Below, piece after piece: positions 1-12,200 of a stretch of DNA of 64,000 nt (positions within the stretch are counted from its first letter, which is position 1; each line of letters begins with the position of its first letter). A program made the position numbers and the translations under genes. The DNA lies in assembly GCF_026571515.1 (NCBI RefSeq), contig NW_026861373.1, positions 1 to 64,000 on the forward strand, in the 5' to 3' direction. Under the pieces are notes generated by a model, which saw only the letters and a program-made list of their open reading frames with translations, did not search any database and had not been told where the DNA came from. Source of the DNA: Ruditapes philippinarum (lineage: Eukaryota).

Positions 1-122
1 AATGTATTAAAAAAATAAAATCTAGGTATTAATAACATAATGTAGTACTTAACTATTAAAATTATTTAGAATTAAGCCTTACATTTGCTTAACATGCATT
101 CTAAAACGGTTGTATGTTTCAG

Positions 123-282
123 GTTGAAAGCCAATTCACACATTTGTATATAGTATATACCGTGTCAAGCAATACCGACACGTCAAATGAAAATTATGAT
201 GGAAAAAAATACATGGCTCAAGAAAAAGCACCTAGTCTGTTACAATGGAATGACTTCAAGAACTTGACACAAAGAAAACAAG
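123..282 (+). CDS. Gene A exon 1 (hydrophilic N-terminal extension; possible start Met at 213)
   Basis: ttcag|GTT...CAAG|gtatc; open frame VESQFTHL...QRKQ; same 160-nt exon at 35209-35368. Confidence 0.6.
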
Positions 283-3200
283 GTATCAATAAAACACTTT
301 TTTATAAATAACCATGAATGTTCATCGACTTTAATTCATAAAAACATGGATATGCTAATCATTTACTTACTGTTCATTTTAAATTTAATACTCATTTATC
401 AGGTAAACGCACAAAAATAAAAAAATTATTTGAAATAATTTTTAGAAGCAGATTCAGTAGCACCTAAGGACGAGTGCCGCTTATTAGTACAAAAGAAGCA
501 CCCTCAAGAAGAAAGCCAAGAAGCAGACAGTTATGGTCGTCAGATTTCAAGCTCAATGCAAGTTACAAAGGTATGTGATTGTAACCTTTCTCTAATTTTG
601 ATTTGCTATTAAAGTCTTAGTTTTTAGATTCAATGGTTTGATATGTTAAATTGAGGACGCGTAGTATCAACAATTTTTTAAGATATATTTTACAAAATTC
701 CCAAATAAATGTTATCATGTTCTAATACAAGTAAACAGAAAATGCAAAATCCCAAAACTTTACTGTGTCTTTATTCATCTATTACATTAATTGCAAAAGT
801 GTTCGAATTAAAAATAAAGATAAGCATGTCAACTTTTGCAAGCATTACTAAGGTGTGCAGAAAGACGGTTTTCCTTATTTGTGCTTTTCGACTGTGTAAT
901 CCACTTGATATCTTTAAATGAATGCTCTAAATTGGTTGATGTATCTTAATTGGAAAAACATATGATAACATTTTCCATTTTGCCTACAATCTGAGATCAG
1001 ACACACGCGTTATTAGTAAAGCAATGAACTTTTTGTAATGCAAAGGTTAAAGGGACTCCACTGACATTTGTTTAACTGACGGGACTGGAAATATTTTTTT
1101 GAGATTATTACTCCATTTGATGTAGATCTATACTAATAACATATGTGCAAATTTCAGATCATAAGCTCCCTTCGTTTTTCCAGAATAGATATTGTAATAG
1201 TGAAAAGTGACCCAAAATTGAAAAGCGTTTATTATAATAGTCTTCGTCCGTCCTTCCGTCCGTCCGTCCGTCCATCCATCCGGACGTCTGTCCTTCCGTC
1301 CGACATTTTTGTCCGGAGCACATCTCAAAAAAAGAATTTGAGGTATCAACTTGAAACTTCATAGGTGGATAGACCTCATTAAAGAGGAGTGCAGTGTACA
1401 AGAATGATAACTCTACCCTGCATAATTTTTGAGTTATTGCCCTTTGTAATGTTTTAAAATTAATTTTTGTCCAGAGCATAACTCAAAAAGCCTTTGAGAT
1501 ATCTACATAAAACTTCATAAGTGCATAGATCTCACTCAGGAGGTGTGCAGTGCATAAAAATGATAACACTACCTTTCATAATTTTTGAGTTATTGCCCTT
1601 TGCTATTTTTCATACTTAATTTTTCACCTTATTGGAACAAAACACAAATTGTTTGAGATGTCAATATGAAATGTCATAGGTGGATAGATCTTATTGAGTA
1701 TGAATGCTGTGCGCAAGAATGATAACTCTTCCCTATATAATTTTTGAATTATTGGCCTTTATTCTTTTTCATACTATTTTGTCGGGAGCATATTTCAAAG
1801 AGTACTTGAGGTATCTACTTGAAATTTAATAGGTGGATAGATTTTACTGAGGAGGGGTGCAGCACACAAGAATGATAACCTACCCTGCATTATTTTTCAG
1901 TTATTGCCCTTTGTTGTTTTCAGCCATCAGTATTCATATAGGTTTCAAATCTGTAATCACTTCAGCCATCAGTTTTCATTACCAAAAGACCTCTTAAAAT
2001 TAAATTATTCTGCTCTACTACATATACATTCTTCCAATGAGCAAACACATTCGGCGGGGAATGGCCATGTTGACATGGCTCTTGTTATATTTCAAAAGGT
2101 TTTGGCGAAAAAACATCGTGTGTTAGAGTATGAACATCGCAAGTCGGACACGGAGCATGATGTAAAGAAACTGCCCGTTTCAACAGATATCAAAAGAGGA
2201 AGTCTTCGTTTAGATGGTTCAATGTCCTGCACATACCCTATCCGTTTTAAAACATACGTATGTCTGTTGATGTTATATCTTATCAGAGTCATTTCATTTT
2301 TCTTATATCAAACAATCCGAGATACCGAATCTTCTGAGACAAGTTTATAAAGTAATATTTAGTAAGAAAAAGTCTGTAACGCGTTAGAATCAGCGTTTCA
2401 AAGCCTACAGTCATATTTTACAAAATTTATGATTAACAACTTTATTTTAAACAAGCTTAAAGTAAATATTTGCGCTAATTCCGTTCTCTCAATTAGATAT
2501 ATAGATACTTTAATTTATTTACTTGATTAATTTTATTCACATATTATAACAGTGTTTATCCAAATCATATATAAGATACTGGCCTCATAAAATACTTTTG
2601 TTTTGCATAGTAATTCATACTTGTTATAAGAAATCTCAACAGAAAGCTTATCATAATCGTCAAACTATTCTATTTTATAATCATGATGTATAAGTCGCTT
2701 TTGCAGTCAACCCCTTTTAAGTTTGTCAGTTTTATACAATGGACGCAAATAGTTATTCAAAAAACAAAACACAATATATGTGTAAATACATAATGTTAGT
2801 AAAACGATTTCTGATGATTTATAAGTCAATGTGGTCGAGATGTATGCTATTTATTCTTGAGGATAATTTTGTGAATAGATGTACAACTGACACGATTTTA
2901 AAATATATAATTTCCTCCTTACTTGTGGTTGTGTTTTTTTACTTGAACCATTCACGCATTATTTTTACGTTTCTGGTTTACCTAATACATGTACTCACAG
3001 AGATTTAACGATTCATTGAATTGTCTTTTTTTTAATTCAGGTATTTATGATTTTACTGTCTTTCCATCTTTCCGATGCCATGAACATACAACCTCCAACC
3101 GAACACGATCAAAGTCTCACGGAGATACAAACCTTTGTGTCTCTCAGCACTTCTTACTGCAACCCTTCAAATTTAGATATGACACAGACTTGCCTTTTTC

Positions 3201-6200
3201 CAGGAAGTGATAAACTACGAGACTTACTCGATTATTGCGAATTCAATAAAACGTGTTTATCGGGATATACACCTGTATGTGTCAACACTGAAAAAGGAAT
3301 GGCTTTCATCTGCGCTCCAATGCATCCTATATGCAAAAAAGGTTAGCCAAAACAACTTTTTCGTTGCTGTATTTGCAATCACTTTAGCTTTCTTTTGAAT
3401 TGTGACTTTGTCCAAAATTCTCACAGAATAGATCAATGTTTCTTATTTCATTTTCTTCAAATATAATTGTTAGTTATTGCATTTCCTTACATGTCTGTTA
3501 ACAAGAAAATAAATTTGCCACCGTCCAAAACTGCCCTTCTGTTTCTATGGTTCAATGGTGAAAACCAAATCTCTCAAAATATCTAAATATGTAATTCTGT
3601 ATTGAAAAATGCCCTGTTCAATGTATTTGTTTTACTGGCTTTATTGAAAAATAAAATGTACTTTTATAAAACTAAATGAATGATACAATGTCTCTGGCCG
3701 TTGCATTTCTCATTGAAGTGTTTGAGGAGGCTTAATTAAACAGTACTGCAACAATTTCAATTTAGCAATTTTCATACTTTCTGTTTGAGCCGCTCTTAGG
3801 ATTTCCAAATTATCTGTTTCAGTTATCTATCAGTAACCCGTCTGATGTATGTAAAGTTATTATTTTGTGTATAAAGAAGTATCATACATTTTTAACGTAT
3901 ATTGCCTTTTTTGGTTTTAACAAACTACAATATTAGTGCAGTACCTTGAGAGTAGAGTTTGACAGAAATCATGATCACAAGTACAAAAACCTCGCCTTTT
4001 TGGCAGCGATTTATACATTTTTTCATTCATAATTGTATATCAATCGACGAGAGGAGATTCATTAGCCGTCTAAAAGTACATTTGGGCGGGAGATGTTAAC
4101 AATAAATGATTCAAGCGCTTTGCCTAGTATACGAGGAATACGATTTTTAGTGTGGTACACTTTTTTCAGTCTCATTCCTTTTTATTAGGTCATTGGTGGA
4201 GAGTAATGCAAGACGAGGAGAACCCTTCAAAGATTAAAGTTATTGTCGAGAAATGTCCAACTGGTTATTTCCAGGAAACAAATTCAAACTGTATCAATGC
4301 CTGTAGATCAAAGCACTTAAATTTAACAAATATTGAAGAAAGATATTTGATCTATAGTGAAGGTAACCATATCTACCCAACCATTGTCTATTGTAACTAC
4401 AAAGAAGGATACTATAACAGAGCTGGTAGATTTCTATTAGATTACGACAGGGAAAGTGTATATGAACCTTATTTCTGTAGTGGGAACGCTGAAGTAAACA
4501 ATCCATGCGTAGAAGGACAAAAACCTTTGCCTAGTAAGTTAAATCTAAAATTTGATTAACAACTGAATTTTAGGACAGTTCATAAAAATACATTTGCAGT
4601 ATTCGTAATGATTATGAAAAATATTACCTTCTTTTAGTGTGCTTTAATGGTATTTTGATTTATAATTATGACTACTTAGTTAATTTAACAGACACATATT
4701 TTGTTGTTTTGTTTATTGTAGATGGGACATGTGTTCTTCCTTGCAACCCGAATGAATGTAGAGATGACCATAATTACTTTATCTGCAAACAGACTTGCCG
4801 GTAAATATTTCATAACATAGACCTGCGGTCTTCACTCATGAATACCCTTTAATTTATAAGTTCAAGACTTTTTTCCAGTTATCTTACACTATCAAAATAT
4901 ATTTCATTACCAGGAACTGCAAAGCCTTCTTAGATGATAACTCATTTATTTATTAGATCACGAATTTCTTCTTATCTTCTTTAAGTTTCAAAAATAAATG
5001 GACGTTTATATTAATTTTTAATCAAATCACCACCTATCTCGGATCAAAAACATAATAACATTTTTTCAATTTAAAAGTTAAATAAGATTATATTACAAAT
5101 GTACAATATTTTCAAGTGTTTACATATAATGAAGGTTTATGTTGTCTGTGGCACAACAGACAGTTTATGAGTGACAGGCGTTATTGTCTCAAAAAGTTTT
5201 TAACAAAATGTGAAACAATTAAAGCGATGAATTTAGATCATTTGGCAACTACTGGTCCCTCGGAACCTTATATATCTATTTCAAGTATGTAAGTGAATGT
5301 TCTTGATAATAAATAAATAACTTGTTTTGGTAATTTGACCTCATATTTTGGCAGGGACCATCTTAGAGATGGACATTCCATTACAGTTACTGTATCAGAA
5401 AATCCTGACTTAGACACCGGTATGATATTTTACTCAGCTACATATAAATGCATTGTAATTTGATTATTTCAAAACGTTATTGCTACAAACATTAACCTTA
5501 TCACATGTATCATAAAATCTTTTTTCAGTACGTTTTAAATACATAAATTAAAAAACTTTAGGACGTTAATAGTATCCTTTGATTGTCTTAGAGCTTTTAT
5601 GCGTATATTAGTGTTTGATGTACCACACCGGGTATGCCCTTCTTGTTTTTGTTTGGGGTTCAAGCCGCTGGTTCTTGTTGCTGGATCGTGCAGGAGTTGG
5701 GTTCATTGAACGCCGCCTTTCTTTGTTGATCTTAGTTATCAAATTTTAGGAACGTTTCAATCTTATGTTTGTTATTTTAGATATATCCCGCTGATCACTT
5801 TAAGTCCCATTTGACTGTACGTAACACGATTATATGTAATCCTTTCCTTGGTTTATCTTTATTCGAGAATGACACTCTTCATTCAAAACTGGTAATAAGT
5901 TAATATCAACTTTAAAAAAAAAGCACAAAACAAACCAAGCCAGTTAGAACTTGTATTATAACTCGCTTTGAAAGCTCTTGCTGTTTGAAAATGCAATTTC
6001 GAAGCACTCGTTATGACACATTGTCGCATTGCGTTATTGACAGATGTTGCCGAATGCGATGGGGAACCATGGGTTTGTGAAAATGGGATATGCAAACAAT
6101 CTTTAAACGAACATGTTTGCCAATGCAACCCAGGATTTGTGATTGATGGGGAAACTGGAAGATGTATAGGTACATAAAAAGGCTACTCCTATCAATTCTA

Positions 6201-9200
6201 TGCATTCATATTAGTAAGAGGGACTTAATAAACTTTAATTCTCTGTTGCATACACTGTATACTGAAAATGTTGCAAGCTTTTTTCACATTGTAGAAAAAG
6301 TATTTGAAATTCAAATCGTTATTGAAGTTAAAGAGTATCATTACATTCGAGTAATCAGTTAGTATTTCATAAATAGAAATAAAGTTAAATACTTTTAGTT
6401 ACGTCTTATTCGAACTGTATTGTACATATTTGAATGTTACACCTTGGCCAAAGAGGTGATTATGACTGCTTTTGTGTATGTAAACACAACAGCTTGTAAT
6501 ATTTTTTAATTAATGGTGTGCTCCCATAAACTAAAATTCATCTCTTATTTATATGTACTATTAATTGCTTAATATGTTGATTCTTTTAACCAGTAAGTTG
6601 TGTACGGTCAGTGATTTGTTTTCGCTTTACATGAATATTGACGAGTAAATTTCAATCTCAGGATCAGATGTGACCCCCCAAACAGAACCTTTAGCAACGG
6701 GAATCATCTTTGTTATTGTTACCTGTGTGATATTTGGTATGTATCATTCGCATTTACATTTTTTTTTTCGAACGTACTCATCAGATTCAGACAAGTGCTT
6801 TTAAAAGCATGTTCTACATTAAATTAAGAATTAAACCATTGATAGCAATTTAAAATATTTTTTGTATGATATGTAAAATTCAAATATGAATTCAAAAATA
6901 AAAAGAAAATATATGTCGACGTGTTGGTATATGTACAATTCCGTGCTAAACGTATATCTAAAAACTGTCAAAATAACCACAATTTCAAAAACAAACTTTT
7001 ATAATTTTTTATACTTTTCCAAAGCAATCAAAATATGGAAATTTCATGACCAGTTTCCACATTACTTTTTTGGCGAAATGATATAAAAAAAATTCCCTCA
7101 AATATGCGGAAATAAATATGTATGACAAAAAGTATAACCTGTCTTTCTTATTTCTGACTTGAAAAACAACAAATTTTGAAAAATGTTATTATTATTTTGG
7201 TGTTATTTTTTTAAACAGAGTATAAAATAAATATACAGTCATTAAAAAAAAAATAATCAGATATTGATTTATTATTTTTGTCAGGTTCACATTCTTAAAA
7301 AATTAAATGCTACATGTAAACTTCCAAAATCTAACAGGAAAATTATTGAAATGTATTACAGGAATATATATTTCATCATAAGAATGAATAACTCTATCCT
7401 TTGATTCTGTAAAAAAACAATAATCTGAACCCATTCGTTACAGAATGAGTTTTTCATGTTTCTTAACTCAGCAAAAATACAAAAATGCAAAAAAGAGAAA
7501 TCAATGTATAAATAAACATTAATTCTGCACATAAATGAAGATATCGAAAACTGTTTTCATACAATTTTCAATTTGTTTTATATATTAAAGGTAAAATTGT
7601 GAATTCAAAAAGACAAAGAAAAAATATATGTTGACATGATAGATTATTTGTAAACGGGCAGTTTCGATGTTTACCACATATGCTCACTGTCAAAACGACC
7701 GCGCTTTCTTTAGAAATAGTTGTGTTGTACACAATGCATTCAATTTGTTATATAACCCAAAAATGAGGAAATATAAATTATTTAGAATATTCATAACCCG
7801 TATATATATATATTATTTGTAAAAGTCACGACATAAGTCTTTTTCCATCAAACTGAATGATATATTGACAAAAAATAAACATTTAATGAGAATGAAAGTC
7901 CGGGTTGACTGAAGTGAAAAGAAATCAGAGAAAAGAACTTCATATTTTAATCTTTAAATTTTTAACGATTTCTAATTATTTTCAGTTTGTTTGATGACCA
8001 TTATAACTGTGTTTTGCACTCCAAAAAAATGCAAGTATAATATTATTTCTATATTTATTACATTTAAATATGCAATTCGGTTCTATTCGGCACTTAAAAC
8101 TGTACAAGGGGCGTAATAATTTAGAACTTTTCAATTATCTATGATCATGAAGAGATAAAAATGGACCAAGTCTTTAATTTACATATTTTTGTTGACAGAA
8201 ATGTACTTTATAATTGAATCAATTTTGCAGTTAATTCTTTAAGGGTTTTTAATTCTTAGCTTAGATTATCAACTGAAAGTACGTTATTTCCTTTATGTAT
8301 CAACTGACAAAGCTAATAAAGCGAAACATGTATTGATATCTAAATTTGTGTTAGTTTTGATATATTTATCCTATAATCAACTGGTACGCATTCTTACAAT
8401 GTATGCATATCAAAACCGTTGTTCTCAATTAAACGGCACACTTATTTGCAATGATTGTAGTCAATATCATGAAGCTTACATGTCTTGGTGATTTATGTGA
8501 TTCTTCTTTATAAAATTATTATTTGTACATGCTGGTAAATGTGCTACATCGTTTAAGAAATCATTTTAAACAGTTCGAAAACTTAAATCAATGTAAAGCT
8601 ATCAACCTATGATATAAATGTCACGTGTAATTGATTAAAACAATATTATTTGATTGTATAGAAAACTATATTTCAAAACAGGTAAACCATCGGGTGAATT
8701 AGAAGACGGAAACTCTTCTCAGCATGATATCTCTTCATCTGACACAGGTACTAATTTAATATGTTATTTAACATGTTGTTTACATTTGTAAAATATTTAT
8801 TCAAAGACTTGTTTTCTATCACAGATAATACTTAATTTCATTTCCCAAGAAAATTGATGACAAAGATGATTTCTATTTTATTTGGATTTTTTCTTTATAT
8901 AAATAAATAGTATAGACTTTCCGATCTACAATTTAAATTTCGCTAGATATTGGTTGGCTACTTATGAGATGCAACTGATATTTCACAAAAAAACAGATCC
9001 AAGAAACATTGCCAACATTATGTAATAACATATGTCAAAGAGCGTGAATCGCGAAGACAACGCACTTATCGTATCTTATTAATTGCATTATACATGTATA
9101 CCGAACAGAAATGAGTAAATATACAGTAAAATGTTGTTGTGTTTTCAATGAATTCATCTAGTTTGTTTACCTTTATAATCCTGTCATAAACAATGTAAAC

Positions 9201-12200
9201 AAAGTATCATATAAAAAATAAAAACTTTACAAAAAAATGTACTCATTTAATCAATAATTTCTCTATAAAAAGACTTAAACATTTCACAACTCCGTCTTTC
9301 TGTTTCGAGTTCAGTATCGACGTCACTTTTGATAGTCGCTTGAAGGGGTGCGTGGGTTTTCATTTGATAAAATTTACCCAAGAAGAGTGTGTCGCACCTC
9401 AAAGGGATTCGAATAGGGCCGCAATGAGTGAACTTTCCTAGTTAATGCCGTATAGACCTCCTTGAGAATCATTATTCCACGCTTTGTACCGAATAGTGAT
9501 CCATTAGTTTACGAAGAGCTGTTCTTGGAGTATTAGTTGGTTTTTTAGGATAGAGATCCACAAGCACAAAAACAATATAAAATGAGTTATTAATTGTATA
9601 ATTAAACACATGATTCAAGACTAAAGCAACATGATTTTCTGTTTGTCTTGCAAATTATTGTATGTCCACCCATTTATCATATGTCTCTATATTTGGTAAC
9701 CTGGCTGTCTATCTAACTTTCGATCCGTCAGTCTGCCTTTGTACAATTGATATGCCTGTTTGTAGTTGGTAATTCTGAGTTATGTTAGACTTGTGAGAAC
9801 ATGCGGTATGTTTATTTGGGTTTTGTTTGTCCGTCCGTTGTCAGTCCTGATTCAGTTACATGAAATTTATTTTTATTGAAATCATGGCCTTAGCGAGCAG
9901 ATAGTTTCTACGTTTATGAATGAATGAGTCAAATGAGTTAGATTTTCGATCAATATCTGAAATTTCTAAATACTTTGTGAAAATAAGCCAACAGTGAAAA
10001 CCACGACCAAGATCATACAGAAAACCAGCTGGCTATGGGGAATAAGCACAGGAGAAATAACTTTAACTTATATTAAAGACCCTGTACATCATTACAAAGT
10101 CTATTATTTCAAAATCTAAGAGTAAGGAGAAGATGATAGGGAAGAATATTTAATTTATGTTTTCTCTTGTTAACGCCAAACATTAAAATGTTCGGGTTGG
10201 TACGTACGTTTTTCCGTTTGTCTGTACGTACCCTGTTCTTTGTTTTACTATACCGTTAAGAAGGATTAGTCGTTGGACATTTCCCATGATCAGTAGATAA
10301 CCCCTATTGCTATTTTGAAGTTTTAAGGTCAAAGAACTAGGTTACAATGTCCATGACATTTAAAAGATTGTCCGACAAATAGCAAAAACGACATCATTGC
10401 CTACAATCAAAATACTTATTGTAGAGGATTGTCATGACTTGGTAATGGCGGCAATTGATTTTAAGGTCACTATGTAAAAAGTTTAGGCCATCGCGACATT
10501 GACCACCAATTCCTTTTCATGCCAATATCTAGAAAAAGCTTTCGCGGAAAATCAATAGATTTGACGTTATGGTTGATCATAACAAGAAAATGACAGCACA
10601 TTTTAATTTCGTTACGTCAAAGGTAACGGTCACAGAGAATATATGTAAAATGTCTTTTCTATCAGTCAGCTAACAAGGAACTAAGTTTTGTTTTAAGAGG
10701 TTGAAATGCTATGTATTGAATTTAAGGTCATTAGGTCAATCTTACAGGTCACACTGACACTGTGTTGATTTTTTGTCTAATTAAAATCTGGAAACATCGT
10801 CTTAGTTAATGAACTTTGTATGGAAATTGCCATTCATGGTCATGGATATAAGTGGCAGTGACACAAACATGTCTTTAGTTTTGTTCAGTACATTTTATCA
10901 ATGTTTAAAAAACCTTTAAGAATTGCGGAGTATATTGAACATTGATTGATACTGCATATTGATTCTGGACAATGAAGTAAGGGTTAAAAAATTCACCACA
11001 CTTGACTAACATGTATATGACGATAACTGTCAAGAAGAAATGGTTTGCCTTGAATTTTAAATTGGTTTGAATCACCGTGTTTATCCAGTTACGCCGGAAT
11101 GTGAAAATAACGCACGATTCGTGCAATAAGTAATGCAGAATTTGGGCAATAAATGACGGATACCTGACAGTACCATATATGAAAAAATCACTTTTTTTCG
11201 GCGTTACCACCAAGCACTATTTATATACATAAATAAAAAAACTACAATCACATTTATCAGCTTATTTTCGAATTTCTGTCACCAGAAGTTTAGTAAATGT
11301 CACTTACCTACCGAAAAACGAAATTATACAATATAATATGCATAGTTGTACCAAAAAGCCAAAATCACACTCAAAACGGTGGTCAAGCCATCATTTTCAC
11401 GAATTATCTTGAAAAGTATGCAATTTCGTGGAAACAATCTTAGTGAGGGATTAACGCGGCCATAGGCGGGTATTTTTTTCAGTATGGTTAAATAAAAAAA
11501 TAAATTAGCCAGTCTACTTACCGCGAGGTATCCGCCATCTATTGCACAATTTTGCTGTTCTTATTGGACGGATCGTGGGATTTTTTTCAAATCCGACGTT
11601 ACTGGATATACACGGTGTAAATTGATTCTTAATCATCAATACTATAAATGTAAAACTGAGCTAGATAAATCAAATCATAATGAGGCAAGATCATTGGGCA
11701 TGTTTTAAACTGTTTCAGATAATGCACCATTTCCTAATGGCCCTTGTGAAGAGGAGAAGGAACATCTGTTAGCTAATTCAAATATTGGTAAGAAAACAAA
11801 GAAACAAAAAAAACAACAAAAAAACAAAAAAAACAAAACAAAAAAAACAAAAACAACCAAAAAAATCGAGACCTAAGCAAATTGTAGAGGTGGTAAAGTC
11901 AAGTGGTTAACGTGTCGAAATAGCTACCTAAGAATTGCGGTAAGAAGAAAGCTTTCATTGTTTCCATGAACAAGAACTTAACGCTCGTTCGTAAGTACTG
12001 GTTTATTGCAGGAACGGAATCGAGAGTGTATATATGAGCAATCGACTTTAATTGAATTCTGTATCAACTTAAACTATTATATAATTTTTGCCTCACTTAT
12101 GGAAATCCCGCTGATACTAAAGATTTAAGTAACGATCAGTTTTGTGTGAAATCAGTATTCCCCCATGTTGTTGTTGTTGTTTTTTTTGTTGTTCACGGGA

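Noticed and set aside
1128-1479. ORFs with DGRTDGRT-type repeats (also 39583-40146)
   Set aside because: Translations of the (CGTC)n microsatellite and core repeats of Helentron-like elements.
4294-4506. Antisense ORFs over coding exons (also 2092-2292, 5883-6205, 47761-47961)
   Set aside because: Shadows of the + strand exons with no independent support.
9980-10125. Possible extra cytoplasmic exon of gene A corresponding to B's RHIM-like exon
   Set aside because: Weak acceptor, frames hit stops before a convincing donor, and no motif similarity.
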